A stretch of 47,089 nt of DNA from a bacterium (GTDB taxonomy: Bacteria; JAMOTN01). A program made the translations under genes and the position numbers. Under the pieces are notes generated by a model. The model was not told where the DNA came from and searched no databases. It saw only the letters and a list, made by a program, of their open reading frames with translations. The DNA lies in assembly GCA_027062325.1 (NCBI GenBank), contig JAMOTN010000023.1:1-47089 (forward strand). Direction: 5' to 3'. The stretch's first letter is position 1, and each line of letters starts with the position of its first letter. This document shows positions 28,650 through 39,534 of the stretch, piece by piece.

Positions 28650-29632
28650 TTAAATAACCCCTCTTTTGACAAATCCTTTTCAAAAGTACTAAAACCTGCA
28701 AAACTCCTTACTTTTTCCCAACCAGCCAAGGTAAGTTCTCTACCTCTATTTGTCTTCTTTATATAACCACACCTTAATAAAAATGGCTCATACACCTCTT
28801 CTAGTGTCTCCTTTTCTTCACCAACAGCCGCAGCAAGGGTTGCTATTCCAACAGGACCTCCCCCAAATTTCTCAGCAAGAACTCTCAACACCTTCATATC
28901 AAGATTAGTTAGACCATCCGAATCTATTCCTAAAACTTCCAAAGCCTTTCGAACATCTTCAACATCAACCTCTTCAATCTCATTAACAGTTGCATAATCT
29001 CTTACAGCCAATATAAGATTGACAAGCTGCCTTGCAACTCCTCTAGCTCTCCTGCCCAACTCTATCCTTGCCTCATCACTTAACTTAATTTTCATCTTCT
29101 CCGCCAAAATTTTCGCCATATTAGCCAAATCTTCTCCTGAGTAATACTCGAGAGTTATTATTCTTCTAAACCTATCACGTAAAGGTGGAGTTAGTAATCC
29201 AGGGCGCGTAGTTGCTCCTATAAGTGTAAACGGCGGAAGGTCTATTCGTATTACTCTTGAAGAGGCAGCACCTCCAACAACCAAATCCAACTTGTAATCC
29301 TCTAAAGCTGGGTACAAAACTTCCTCAACGTGTCGCGGAAGCCTATGTATCTCATCTATAAATAAAACATCTTTCTCCTCAAGGCGTGCCAAAACAGCTG
29401 CAATATCCGCAGCCTTTTCTAAAACCGGACCACTTGTAATGTGAAAGTTCACACCCATGTAGCGTGCAACTATGTAAGCTAGTGTTGTTTTTCCAAGTCC
29501 TGCAGGCCCTGATAATAAAACGTGAGGCATCGCTTCACCACGCTTCATAGCAGAATCCGCCATCAACTTCAATTGCTTTTTCGCTAACTCCTGCCCTGTA
29601 AACTCTTCAAAACTCTCAGGTCTAAAGCTCAT
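28646..29632 (-). CDS. ruvB: Holliday junction helicase RuvB
   Basis: GPAGLGKTTLA, LFIDEIHRL, GATTR, LRDRF, EPFL. Confidence 0.98.
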   Translation of the reverse strand: MSFRPESFEEFTGQELAKKQLKLMADSAMKRGEAMPHVLLSGPAGLGKTTLAYIVARYMGVNFHITSGPVLEKAADIAAVLARLEEKDVLFIDEIHRLPRHVEEVLYPALEDYKLDLVVGGAASSRVIRIDLPPFTLIGATTRPGLLTPPLRDRFRRIITLEYYSGEDLANMAKILAEKMKIKLSDEARIELGRRARGVARQLVNLILAVRDYATVNEIEEVDVEDVRKALEVLGIDSDGLTNLDMKVLRVLAEKFGGGPVGIATLAAAVGEEKETLEEVYEPFLLRCGYIKKTNRGRELTLAGWEKVRSFAGFSTFEKDLSKEGLFK

Positions 29633-29654
29633 CCTCTATCAACCTCTCAAATTA

Positions 29655-30218
29655 TTATTTGACTAACTCCCTCTTCTCCGCAAGAAGTCTCAAAGCTTCC
29701 TTAACTCTTTCTTCTAAACTCCCTCCCTTAACTGACTTTGCTACCTCCCAAGCTTCAATAGCAGCCACTCCCATTCCCACTAAAACATCAACAAGCTCAT
29801 CTACCTTGAAATCAAGCTTTCCCTTAAGACGAGCCACTAAAACTTGCGCAGTCTTTTTACCAACTCCCTTTGCCTGTGCAATAACACTCCACTCACCTCT
29901 TTCCAAAGCTTCCAATACCACTGAAAAACCCAAATTTAATATTGAGTAGGCTGCCTTGAAACCAACACCAGATACAGACAAAAGCTTTTCAAACAACTCC
30001 ACGCATTCTCTCCTATAACTTCCGAATACTTTTGGTGGGAGTTGATAAGCAACACTACACCACAACAAAACCTCCTTTTCCATCTTTTTCTTAAGCTGTT
30101 CTAATTCTTCGGATATAACAAAAACCTCAAATATCAATCCCGACACATCCAGCAAAACCATATTATTTTCAACTTTCCAAACAACTCCCCTTAAAGCCTT
30201 TAAAACCACTAATCTCAC
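29655..30218 (-). CDS. ruvA: Holliday junction branch migration protein RuvA
   Basis: HhH motifs VSGVGFKAA and GVGKKTA; lies between ruvC and ruvB. Confidence 0.9.
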   Translation of the reverse strand: MRLVVLKALRGVVWKVENNMVLLDVSGLIFEVFVISEELEQLKKKMEKEVLLWCSVAYQLPPKVFGSYRRECVELFEKLLSVSGVGFKAAYSILNLGFSVVLEALERGEWSVIAQAKGVGKKTAQVLVARLKGKLDFKVDELVDVLVGMGVAAIEAWEVAKSVKGGSLEERVKEALRLLAEKRELVK

Positions 30219-30754
30219 CTTCCAAATAGCAAAGCCTCTTTCACAACATTCATTCCTGCAAGTGCAACTGCTACAGCATCAATTTCATCAGAACTAAATC
30301 CTTTAGCCTCCGGATAAAGTCCCCTTATTATGCTCTGTGCAAGCTCTTTCGACACTCTTTTTCCCACGCTCAAACTCTTTACCTGAGAAGCAGATAGTTG
30401 AAAAGGTCTCAATCTTAACTCCATACACACTGCATCTACAATTCCTATAAACTCAGCCAAAACCATCGTACTTCTCGTGTTGTGATAAACAAATGGCCTT
30501 TCCACAAATACAAAATCAACCTTTATCTCTTCAAATACTCCTTTCAAAAAATCGTAGAATTTTAATTTTCTAACCCATAAATCCCTCGTACTACTCGAAA
30601 ACTTACGTGTAAGTAAAATATTTCCCTCGTCATCTAAGACTGCAACTGCAGCTTTTCTACTACCCGGATCCACTCCTGCAACGATCAACTTATTCTCACT
30701 ATTACGCTCTGCAACAAGCTTCACTATCTCCTCAAAATTTTCAACATTCACCAA
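30215..30754 (-). CDS. ruvC: Crossover junction endonuclease RuvC
   Basis: GVDPG, VE.PF, DEIDAVAVA acidic catalytic residues. Confidence 0.88.
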   Translation of the reverse strand: MVNVENFEEIVKLVAERNSENKLIVAGVDPGSRKAAVAVLDDEGNILLTRKFSSSTRDLWVRKLKFYDFLKGVFEEIKVDFVFVERPFVYHNTRSTMVLAEFIGIVDAVCMELRLRPFQLSASQVKSLSVGKRVSKELAQSIIRGLYPEAKGFSSDEIDAVAVALAGMNVVKEALLFGR

Positions 30755-30771
30755 TACCTCTCCCTAAAGCT

Positions 30772-31524
30772 TTACTGGGCAATCTCCTCCATAACAGCCT
30801 CATCTATTTCAAAGTTTGCATACGCTTGTTGCACATCATCGTGATCTTCCAAAGCCTCCATAAGCTTTAAACACTTCCTAGCATCTTCCCCTTCAAGCTT
30901 AACCTTATTCTTAGGAAGCATGGTAATCTCAGCTGCAACTATCTTATAGCCAGCTTTTTCCAAGGCTGTTTTCAAATCCACAAAACTATCCGGCTCACAA
31001 ACTATCTCTGCCTTCCCATCCTCAAACTCTACATCATCAGCTCCCGCTTCAATCGCAACCTCCATCAGTTCGTCCTCATCTTTACCTTCCATGTCAACCT
31101 CTATCCATCCTCTTCTTTCAAAAATCCAAGCTACACAACCAGACTCTCCCAAATTTCCACCGTGCTTTGAAAATATATGCCTTATCTCAGCTGCAGTTCT
31201 ATTCTTGTTATCGGTAACCGTATAAACTAATATTGCAACTCCGCCCGGTCCGTATCCCTCGTAGTATATCTCCTCAAGTGACTGTCCATCCTTTAACTCA
31301 CCCGTTCCTCTTTTTATCGCCTGCTCTATCTTTTCTTTAGGCATGTTAGCCTGCTTTGCCTTTTCAATAATCGTTCTTAATCGAGGATTGCTATCAGGAT
31401 CTCCCCCTCCTTCTCTTGCTGCCACTATTATCTCACGAACAAGCTTAGTAAAAATCTTTCCTCTTTTCGCATCTACTGCTGCTTTCCTGTGCCTTATGTT
31501 AGCCCACTTAGAGTGTCCAGCCAT
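30772..31524 (-). CDS. yebC: YebC/PmpR family protein
   Basis: [10 protein letters not shown] (ATG 31524), [16 protein letters not shown]. Confidence 0.97.
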   Translation of the reverse strand: MAGHSKWANIRHRKAAVDAKRGKIFTKLVREIIVAAREGGGDPDSNPRLRTIIEKAKQANMPKEKIEQAIKRGTGELKDGQSLEEIYYEGYGPGGVAILVYTVTDNKNRTAAEIRHIFSKHGGNLGESGCVAWIFERRGWIEVDMEGKDEDELMEVAIEAGADDVEFEDGKAEIVCEPDSFVDLKTALEKAGYKIVAAEITMLPKNKVKLEGEDARKCLKLMEALEDHDDVQQAYANFEIDEAVMEEIAQ

Positions 31525-31537
31525 TTTCCTCACTCCC

Positions 31538-32944
31538 TTATCGAATTTTATTTTTTGTTTTATTTTTTGCATACCCCGGAGGAACTTTAACCACCCTATC
31601 TACAACTCGATATCTTGAAAGTCCCATCTCTTCCTTTTGTAAAACTCTTCCATCTTTTATTTTAATTCTAAAAGTTCGAGCAATGTAGCCCTTAACTCCT
31701 TCATCCACAACCTCAGGAGTAGCATTAGCTGCCAGAAGTTCATCAACAACGTATTTCACGCGTGGATTTAAAACTGCCTTGATTTCAACCTCTTCAGTGA
31801 CAGAATAGGGCAGAAGTTTCTCCGCCCAAAACTCAACACGCAATCTTTTTACATTTAAATCTGTCAATATTGCAACCGTATAAGGTTTATTATTTCTAAA
31901 CTTCAAATCCTTGTAACCATAAACCACTGCTGCATCAAACCCCGGCTTAGAATATTTAGCTATTGAAGGGAAAAATATGCTGTGATTCCACCTCTCCGTT
32001 ATGTCCATATCAGCTAAAAACGCGGCATCATAAACCGTTGTTGCCACTTGACAAACTCCACCGCCAACACTCTTTACAAGCTTTCCACCTATAATGCTTT
32101 TTCCCTCTTTAAAACCCGCTTCTAAGGTCCTAGGTCCAACAACTCTGTTGAAAGAAAACTCATCAAATGGAAACAACATCAAACCGTCAATCTTATCCAC
32201 CGCCACTTTCAAGTTTTGAACCCTATTCGATTCTATGAAGGAGTTAACAGGTGTCTCATAACTTGCAACCATATACTTAACACCATAATTGTCCAATATC
32301 TCACTTCTAGTTGGATGAGGAACCACAACCTTAGAGTCAACTTTTCTTGTACACTCTCCTTTTAAAATACAACTCTTCAACACTTCTTTTAAAGCCAAAC
32401 TAACACTATATAAATCAGTTTCAAGCCCATTAAGCTCTCTGCTAACAAATCTATTACTTCCCCTTCTGTAAACTACAGCCGGTATGGCTCTTACGTTAAA
32501 AAATTCAACGACTTTTTTGGCAGCTTCCTCTATTTTCTCGAGATCTAAAGACACTAAAACCGATATATCCTTCTCCTTCCCTTTCCAAAAGTAAGAAAAA
32601 GCCCCTTTTATTCGCGCCTTAAATCCACCTTGTCTTCCTTCTGATAAAGGATCCTCTTCAGGCATAAATTCCAACAAAAAATCAGAAACTTTGAAGCTTA
32701 CAACACGCGAATCTGAATACAAGAATACTCTTCTGTCAGCTATACGCATTTTCAACAACTTTATCAAAACGTTTATCTGCTCCCTTGAAAATCCCGCAAG
32801 CTCAAAACCTGCCACTCTAACACCAGGATAAACCCCTTGCCATTCAATTGCCTTATAAACCATCCAAAGATAATAAGTGATACTTGCAAAAATTAAGAGC
32901 ACAGATATCTCCAAAACTAACCTTTTCATCTTACAATACATCAC
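31538..32944 (-). CDS. VanW-family protein with C-terminal G5-like domain
   Basis: [37 protein letters not shown]-terminal TM. Confidence 0.9.
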   Translation of the reverse strand: MMYCKMKRLVLEISVLLIFASITYYLWMVYKAIEWQGVYPGVRVAGFELAGFSREQINVLIKLLKMRIADRRVFLYSDSRVVSFKVSDFLLEFMPEEDPLSEGRQGGFKARIKGAFSYFWKGKEKDISVLVSLDLEKIEEAAKKVVEFFNVRAIPAVVYRRGSNRFVSRELNGLETDLYSVSLALKEVLKSCILKGECTRKVDSKVVVPHPTRSEILDNYGVKYMVASYETPVNSFIESNRVQNLKVAVDKIDGLMLFPFDEFSFNRVVGPRTLEAGFKEGKSIIGGKLVKSVGGGVCQVATTVYDAAFLADMDITERWNHSIFFPSIAKYSKPGFDAAVVYGYKDLKFRNNKPYTVAILTDLNVKRLRVEFWAEKLLPYSVTEEVEIKAVLNPRVKYVVDELLAANATPEVVDEGVKGYIARTFRIKIKDGRVLQKEEMGLSRYRVVDRVVKVPPGYAKNKTKNKIR

Positions 32945-32957
32945 CTCAAGCGAAACT

Positions 32958-33980
32958 CTACACTTCCCTATGCTCTATAAATTCATGCTCATCTTTTAAA
33001 CTTCGACTCATCAAACGCTTAACTGCATCATAAGGCGTTATTTGGCCATTTATCACCAAACTTACACACTTTGTAATTGGCATCTCAACACCAAATTTTT
33101 CACTAAGCTTCACAACTGCATTAACCGTATAAACTCCCTCTGCAACCTCCCTCATAGACTCCATTATCTCGGACAAGCTCTTACCACGTCCCAATTCATA
33201 TCCAACCCTCCAGTTTCTACTCAACCCACTATCAGAAGTTGTAAGAAGATCCCCCAAACCTGCAAGTCCGTAGAAGGTCTCTCTTTTAGCTCCAAGCACA
33301 ACTCCCAATCGATGCATCTCTACAAGAGCTCTTGTTATCAAAGCACTTTTAGCATTATATCCAAGCCCCAATGCATCATTTATACCAGCAGCAATTGCTA
33401 TTACATTTTTCAAAGCTCCCGCCAGTTGAACTCCACGTATATCATCAGAGGCGTAGAGTCTGAATCTGTCTAGGGCTAAATAATCTCTTATTCTCCGCGC
33501 CAAATCCAAATTTTTTGAAGCAATAACAGATGAAGCCGGCAATCCTCTTGCTATCTCTCTTGCTATATTTGGCCCCGAAAGAGCACATATTTTTAGAAAA
33601 CCACGCTCTTCCAAAATTTCGTAAGGTAATCTTCCCTCCTCATCAATTCCCTTAGTGCAAACAATAGCCTCTGTATCCCTCCAATGCAAAAACTTTTCAA
33701 CTGTTAAAGCTAACCACTTCATTGGAACAACATATAAAACCACTTCAGGAACATCTATTTTTTCCGCTTCATCGTAGGAAGCAAACTCCACTCCCTTGAG
33801 CTTATATCCTGGTAAATACAATAGATTCTCACCATGACGCTTTAAAATCTCAACCTCTTCCTCTCTCCCCAACAGACAAACCCTATAACCATTTTCAGAA
33901 TACATCTTAGCCAATGTGGTTCCCCAGTTACCACTGCCAACAACTGCTATATACTTTTTAGCCACATTTCTCCCTCCCAC
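32958..33980 (-). CDS. gpsA: NAD(P)H-dependent glycerol-3-phosphate dehydrogenase
   Basis: GSGNWGT, LSGPN.A.E, GALKNVIAIAAG, GLGDL, SRN. Confidence 0.97.
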   Translation of the reverse strand: MGGRNVAKKYIAVVGSGNWGTTLAKMYSENGYRVCLLGREEEVEILKRHGENLLYLPGYKLKGVEFASYDEAEKIDVPEVVLYVVPMKWLALTVEKFLHWRDTEAIVCTKGIDEEGRLPYEILEERGFLKICALSGPNIAREIARGLPASSVIASKNLDLARRIRDYLALDRFRLYASDDIRGVQLAGALKNVIAIAAGINDALGLGYNAKSALITRALVEMHRLGVVLGAKRETFYGLAGLGDLLTTSDSGLSRNWRVGYELGRGKSLSEIMESMREVAEGVYTVNAVVKLSEKFGVEMPITKCVSLVINGQITPYDAVKRLMSRSLKDEHEFIEHREV

Positions 33981-33989
33981 ACAAACTAC

Positions 33990-34619
33990 TCACTTTTCAG
34001 TACTTGGGGCCGACTTTCCAAATTCAATTCTCAATTCTTCTCCCTTGAGAAGCCTCTTTATATTTCCAATGTGCGTCAAAACGCTCAGTGCCATCAAAGA
34101 TGCAAAAAAATATACAGCACTCCTTGACAAAAAGAAAATCGAACTGATAGTAAATGTAAGCATCATAAAAAGAGATGAAACCGAAACATAACGAGTCGCA
34201 GAAAACACTGTCAAAAAGGCTATTAAACCGATCAAACCAACTTTCCAACTCAAAGCAAAAGCAATACCTACAGAAGAAGCAATTCCCTTTCCTCCAAACT
34301 TTATCCTTTTCTCTCCTTTTATGTAAGACTTAATACTTTTAAAAATCATAATTGGCGACAATATGTGTCCCAAAACTGCCCCCGCTGCAGCAGGTATTCC
34401 AAACAAAAGAGTTGGAACATAAGCCTTTAAAAAATCCAACACAAATACAACAGCAGCCCATTTTTTTCCCAACGCTCTATAAACATTAGTCATTCCTGGA
34501 TTTCCACTTCCAACAGTGGTTATATCTATTCCTTTAAAGAGTGGCAATATGTACCCCCATAAAATTGATCCGGAAACATATCCTATTAAAAAAGCCTCAA
34601 AGTTAGCCATTTCAAACAT
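33990..34619 (-). CDS. plsY: Glycerol-3-phosphate acyltransferase PlsY
   Basis: GSGNPGMTN, DFLK, GGKGIA, H..NI.RL..G.E. Confidence 0.95.
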   Translation of the reverse strand: MFEMANFEAFLIGYVSGSILWGYILPLFKGIDITTVGSGNPGMTNVYRALGKKWAAVVFVLDFLKAYVPTLLFGIPAAAGAVLGHILSPIMIFKSIKSYIKGEKRIKFGGKGIASSVGIAFALSWKVGLIGLIAFLTVFSATRYVSVSSLFMMLTFTISSIFFLSRSAVYFFASLMALSVLTHIGNIKRLLKGEELRIEFGKSAPSTEK

Positions 34620-34651
34620 TAAACGCTACCTCCTATTTCTCTCAACTAACA

Positions 34652-35569
34652 TCACTTTAAATTCCCTTTCCACACAACGTACCTATCTTTCAGTGGATCA
34701 TAGGAGTGCCACCATAAACTTTTACCATCAAACCAAACGTAGGAGAGCGTATCAAATGATAAATGAGACGGTGGTTTCACAAAAAAGAAATCCCCTGCTT
34801 TAAACACTCCAATTTTCACATCTTTTGGAGGCCAAAATAGAAACACTGCAAAAGCATTTCTATCTCCACCAGCACTCCAGACATAATTAGTCAAATCGAA
34901 AGATATAACCCTATTCTTTGAAAACGCAAGCACAACTTTTTCCGTAGTATGTAAGGGATATACGCGGTATCCCTTGTTGTAAATCAAAGGTTTATACTGG
35001 GCTTTAAAGGTCTTGATAAGCTTACCTGATAAATCGTAAACGTACACTCCATCTACCGATTCACCTACCACATAAGGAAGAGCTGGATAAACACGCCAAC
35101 ACTTTGAAAAATCAGGTAACTTTTTCACCTTTTCAAAATCAGTGTTTTTACTAAGTAAAGCTCTGTACAAATTACCTGAGGAGCTAACAGCCCACAACTT
35201 CCCACTGTATATAAAACCTGTCCAAAATAAGCCATCCTCAGGGAGCTTAAAAACCTCTCTTTTTCCACTCTTAACGTTGAATACTATTAGCTGATTATTG
35301 TAAGCATCTGTCACTACAACAAATCCTTCTCCTGCCCATAAGAACGTTGGAGCAAATCCAGCAGGAGCAGTATTGTTATTCTCATCCCTTAAAAGTCCTA
35401 CCCCATCCTTACTTCTTTCACATTTCAACTCCGCAAACCTCTCCCACCTTATCTTCTCTAAAGACGGCTTTAAAATCTGAAACTTCTGGCTGCTTGAATT
35501 ACTTTCGGCCTCTCCAACAAATAAAAGAGAGAAAAAGAAAATTAATAAAGCCACTCTATTCTTTTTCAC
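34652..35569 (-). CDS. Hypothetical exported protein, probably beta-propeller
   Basis: Signal peptide; VTDAYNNQL and VYVYDLSGKLIKTF blade-like motifs. Confidence 0.6.
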   Translation of the reverse strand: MKKNRVALLIFFFSLLFVGEAESNSSSQKFQILKPSLEKIRWERFAELKCERSKDGVGLLRDENNNTAPAGFAPTFLWAGEGFVVVTDAYNNQLIVFNVKSGKREVFKLPEDGLFWTGFIYSGKLWAVSSSGNLYRALLSKNTDFEKVKKLPDFSKCWRVYPALPYVVGESVDGVYVYDLSGKLIKTFKAQYKPLIYNKGYRVYPLHTTEKVVLAFSKNRVISFDLTNYVWSAGGDRNAFAVFLFWPPKDVKIGVFKAGDFFFVKPPSHLSFDTLSYVWFDGKSLWWHSYDPLKDRYVVWKGNLK

Positions 35570-35748
35570 AATTCTTCACCCCCAATTTTCTCAAACATCA
35601 GCTTAAATTTTATCATAAACCCCATAAACATCATACTGCATAAACTAGCGCATTACAGCTTCAATGACACACACTTTAATTCCCCCCTTATAATTCAAAA
35701 TGGGGTTTAAGGAGATTACTATAGAGGAGTTAGGCAAAAATTTGTGGG

Positions 35749-37209
35749 GTGAGGCATATGTTCAAATTAAGATATGTACTATTTGCAACTTTATTTATAG
35801 TTTTAAATTCTTTTGCCTACCTAGACTCTGACCTATTCTCGTATGATATTCCATCATATTATCACAAGTTCAATGCTACTACTAATAAACATACCCTTTA
35901 TAACAAATATGTAACGCTTTACAAACTTTATATCAAAGCTCTTCGTGAAAATTGGCCTAGAGAGTCACTAGTCACCATTCAAGAAGCTATGATGCGAGTA
36001 AAAAGGGAATATTTAAATCTGCCCGCTGAAGCATTCATAACATCTCCATTTGCTATAGTTTACTCTAAACCTTCCGCAACTTCTCAACCCATAGGACTTG
36101 TTCCCGCTGGTATGAAGTTAGTTATATTGGAAACTCGTAATGAATGGATAAAAGTACTTTTTGAAGGGCAGGAAGGATGGATAAAAAAAGACAAAGCAAC
36201 AGAAGATTACAATTTAATAAACTCACTCCCATTCGAGTTTTCAGGTTATGCCTTTGTTAGAAATACATGTGTTTTGAGAGAAGCCCCATCAGTAAGTGCA
36301 AAAGAACTAGGCACAGCTTTAGAAGGAGCTATTTTAAAGGTTATTGCAGTAACTCCTGATGGTTGGTTTGCTGTTGAAAAAGATGGCAAAACTTACTGGG
36401 TGTATTCTGCCAACCTGCAAATTTTAGATGACAACGTTGTATCTTATTTGGAAGACTCGCAACTTTCTACAACAACTTCTCAAACAAATTCTTCTGTCTC
36501 CATATCTGCTCTAATCTCAACTGCTCTGTCAGCAGGTTTATCCTCAGCAAATCCAACAACTTCTGCAACTGCTTTAAAAATCAGAAGGAAAGAAGTCAAA
36601 TCCTACTCTACTTCTGGACGCCTAGACATTCGCTATGAAGTTCCAACAGTTTATCAGATGGATAGAAGCAAATATTGGTGGAAGGTAAAGGTTTCCTCAA
36701 AAGTCAAGAAAAAATACTACAACCCCAAAACTGGCAGAAGTTGGCACGGATTATCAATATGTGGCCCATCGTCACTTTCCATGATTCTCCAATACTATGG
36801 GATTCACGATAGCATGTTCAACATTGCTAAAAACGTTGACTACGTCTTTTACAACAGAGCAGGTACACCTTATACAGGTTTGGCAAAAGGAGCTAGAAAG
36901 TACGGATTAGACTCAAAAGTAATAAAGATGTATTCGATCGCCCGAAAAAACGGTACTCGTGTTACAAGTTCCTTCATGAAAAAGTATTTAGCAGCAGCTT
37001 TAAAGAAAGAACACTTCATAATAGCTCTTGTTGATACAAGATGGGACGGCCACTACGTTGTTATAACTGGAATATACGAAAAAAATGGAACAACATATGT
37101 GCAGATCAACAACTCTGCCTCAGGTAGAGTCGAACACTGGACTTTGAGTAAATTCATGCGATATTGGAAAGCAAGGAGCTACATCGGAGTGGAAGTGTGG
37201 AAGGGATAG
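35749..37209 (+). CDS. Secreted SH3b x2 + peptidase C39-like protein
   Basis: Two SH3b motifs (WIKV...GQEGWI; LREAPS...GWF.V...YWV); papain-like YQ, CGPSSLSM, GHYVVI.G, INNS. Confidence 0.85.
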   Translation: MRHMFKLRYVLFATLFIVLNSFAYLDSDLFSYDIPSYYHKFNATTNKHTLYNKYVTLYKLYIKALRENWPRESLVTIQEAMMRVKREYLNLPAEAFITSPFAIVYSKPSATSQPIGLVPAGMKLVILETRNEWIKVLFEGQEGWIKKDKATEDYNLINSLPFEFSGYAFVRNTCVLREAPSVSAKELGTALEGAILKVIAVTPDGWFAVEKDGKTYWVYSANLQILDDNVVSYLEDSQLSTTTSQTNSSVSISALISTALSAGLSSANPTTSATALKIRRKEVKSYSTSGRLDIRYEVPTVYQMDRSKYWWKVKVSSKVKKKYYNPKTGRSWHGLSICGPSSLSMILQYYGIHDSMFNIAKNVDYVFYNRAGTPYTGLAKGARKYGLDSKVIKMYSIARKNGTRVTSSFMKKYLAAALKKEHFIIALVDTRWDGHYVVITGIYEKNGTTYVQINNSASGRVEHWTLSKFMRYWKARSYIGVEVWKG

Positions 37210-37218
37210 AAATTACAA

Positions 37219-37713
37219 TCACCCCCCACACGTAACAACATCCTTATTCAAAAGCTCATAAATATGCTCCACCATCGGCTCAAATTCTTGCCACCATTCC
37301 ACAACAGCACGCCTACTCCCCGGAAAAGTTATAACAAATGTGGAGCCGGATACACCACAAACAGCACGGGAAAGTGCCGCTGTTGGCTTCAAAGATGCTG
37401 TTTTAAAAACAATGTACGCAGGAAGTGTATAGCTTTTTCTCTCAAGCAACAGCTCAACCGCTTCTGGAGTATAATCTTTCTTACCAAATCCTGTGCCACC
37501 TGAGGTAATAACAAAGTCACAGCTCCCTAGCATCTCCTTCACTGCACTAACTATCTCTCCAACATTATCTGGCACCACGGCGTACCTTTCTACCAACCAC
37601 TCTCTTTTTTTTATCAATTCCATCAATGTTTTTCCAGCCAAATCTTCTCTTTCACCCCTTGCAGTCCTATCCGAAACAACCAGCACTCCAAACCTTATGA
37701 CCACACCACTCAC
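37219..37713 (-). CDS. MogA/MoaB molybdenum cofactor biosynthesis protein
   Basis: VSDR, VVPD, TSGGTG...D.TPEA, LSR, PGS. Confidence 0.92.
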   Translation of the reverse strand: MSGVVIRFGVLVVSDRTARGEREDLAGKTLMELIKKREWLVERYAVVPDNVGEIVSAVKEMLGSCDFVITSGGTGFGKKDYTPEAVELLLERKSYTLPAYIVFKTASLKPTAALSRAVCGVSGSTFVITFPGSRRAVVEWWQEFEPMVEHIYELLNKDVVTCGG

Positions 37714-37725
37714 TCCTTACAAAGC

Positions 37726-38394
37726 TCAACTCAACACTTCGAAATAACCTTTCCCTGCACAAACTGGACACACATCTCCTTCGCAGGTATAAGTAATGTG
37801 ACATTTAGGACACTCTTTCACCTCTTTTATTGGAGCCTTCCCAATTAACCAATTTGCAACTTTAACTAAGCTCCAACTCAAATAATCACGCGGAGATTTT
37901 AAAAACTCACGCAATACCTCAACCCCCATCTTCCAACGAACCTTCCTATCTTTCCTCTCTGCTTTTGTAGTTTTTCTAAAATACCACCTCTCAAATACAC
38001 CACCATTTTTCCGAACCTTCTCACTATCAACCCAAACTCTAACTCCCCGACCATGCAAATAATCATAAACAGTAAAGCCCATAATCTGCCAATCCAAAAC
38101 TTTAAGGTATCTATTTCCCACAGTAACCCCCAACTTCGCAGATAAAGCATCTGGAATACAAAAGTCCGTCTCACAAACCACCGCAATCTTTTCTAACTCA
38201 AACTTACCTCTTGCCTCCTCAAAAGCAATATCTGCCATTCTATTTGCTATTACTACCCCCGGCGCAAATTTTCTTCTGAAATAAAATCCTAAAAAATCCT
38301 CCTCATACAACCTATCTTTAAAAAAATCATCCTTATCCAATTCTTCAGGATAGATGGTATTGTCTAACATCAACCTTATCTCCATCCCAATCAC
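37726..38394 (-). CDS. Hypothetical protein with C-terminal zinc ribbon
   Basis: CPKC...CPVC at the C-terminus; overlaps the upstream gene. Confidence 0.65.
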   Translation of the reverse strand: MIGMEIRLMLDNTIYPEELDKDDFFKDRLYEEDFLGFYFRRKFAPGVVIANRMADIAFEEARGKFELEKIAVVCETDFCIPDALSAKLGVTVGNRYLKVLDWQIMGFTVYDYLHGRGVRVWVDSEKVRKNGGVFERWYFRKTTKAERKDRKVRWKMGVEVLREFLKSPRDYLSWSLVKVANWLIGKAPIKEVKECPKCHITYTCEGDVCPVCAGKGYFEVLS

Positions 38395-39499
38395 CCCTCT
38401 CCAATATCATAGCACCAGCAATACCTGTTAAAAACTCTGAACCAAACGCAACCGCCACCTTAAGTAAGACACTACCAAAACCAAAATCTTCCCAATTACT
38501 CTTCAAAAACTCCCAAGCTTTTCTCCAATTCGGTCCAGTTAAAATAACTTCAACACCACTCATATCATATTTATCAGCATAACACACCCCATGTCCACGC
38601 GTATCAAACACCTCATTAAACTCAAGTTCTCCACTTATAAAGCGTGAAAACTGACCCATAAACAACTTTCCATCCTCTGCTAAAACTTTCTTGGTGTGAT
38701 GTTCATAAATTCCAACTATTACATCATCCTCAAAGGCAACTGCAATCGTATGACCATTTCCAAAGTTCACAGCAATTCTACGCCCATCAAATGGCCAAGC
38801 TGCTCCTATACACGCCATCAACGATGTGTCATACCAACTCTTTTCAACACCCGGCGCCAGCTCTGCATCCAACTGTCTCAAAATACTCATGGCACGTGTT
38901 GGCCTAAAGTTACCATCTACAACCTCTGCAATAACTTTTCTAACATCAGCAACTTTTTTCCCAACACAGAAACTTAAAAACTCATCAAATCGCCATCTCC
39001 TATCCGATACATCCTCAGGCGCAGCACCATGATCTTGCGCCAACACAACTACTCCAACTAAATTATCGACCTCCAAACCATTTTGAGCAGCCAACTCAAA
39101 CTTTTCATACAACTTCAGCTCGTCCAACCACAGATCAAATTCTTCTAAATCACTCACAACTTCTATCCCCCATTCTTTCAAACGACTAAACTTATCAGAA
39201 AAACTTTTAGCAGCATCAGAAGTTGCAACAACTTTAAGGCCTTTTTCCATCTTCCTCACAAGCACCTTTTTAAACTTTCCTCCAGAAATGGTATTCCCAG
39301 CAAGCCGCAACTCCTCATAATCCCATCTATCAAGCCAATCTGCAAATCTTCTGTTGCTGGACACCAGAACAGCATGGGGATAATCCTTTGCCTCTACACC
39401 TTTTATGCTCATCAGCACGTCATCAGTTCCCGCTCCAAGATCTAAATAAAGTTTCCAGTGCTTATTAACACCCATACTCATACCTAAGCCCCCTCTCAA
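38345..39499 (-). CDS. DUF1786-family protein (ASKHA/actin-like fold)
   Basis: LDLGAGT.D, QDHG, SDR..RF, N.GNGHT, EHHT, GHG, TGP motifs. Confidence 0.8.
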   Translation of the reverse strand: MRGGLGMSMGVNKHWKLYLDLGAGTDDVLMSIKGVEAKDYPHAVLVSSNRRFADWLDRWDYEELRLAGNTISGGKFKKVLVRKMEKGLKVVATSDAAKSFSDKFSRLKEWGIEVVSDLEEFDLWLDELKLYEKFELAAQNGLEVDNLVGVVVLAQDHGAAPEDVSDRRWRFDEFLSFCVGKKVADVRKVIAEVVDGNFRPTRAMSILRQLDAELAPGVEKSWYDTSLMACIGAAWPFDGRRIAVNFGNGHTIAVAFEDDVIVGIYEHHTKKVLAEDGKLFMGQFSRFISGELEFNEVFDTRGHGVCYADKYDMSGVEVILTGPNWRKAWEFLKSNWEDFGFGSVLLKVAVAFGSEFLTGIAGAMILERGDWDGDKVDVRQYHLS

Positions 39500-39534
39500 A
39501 CAAGGATAGTTTAAATTTACTTTTCCTACAAGTA

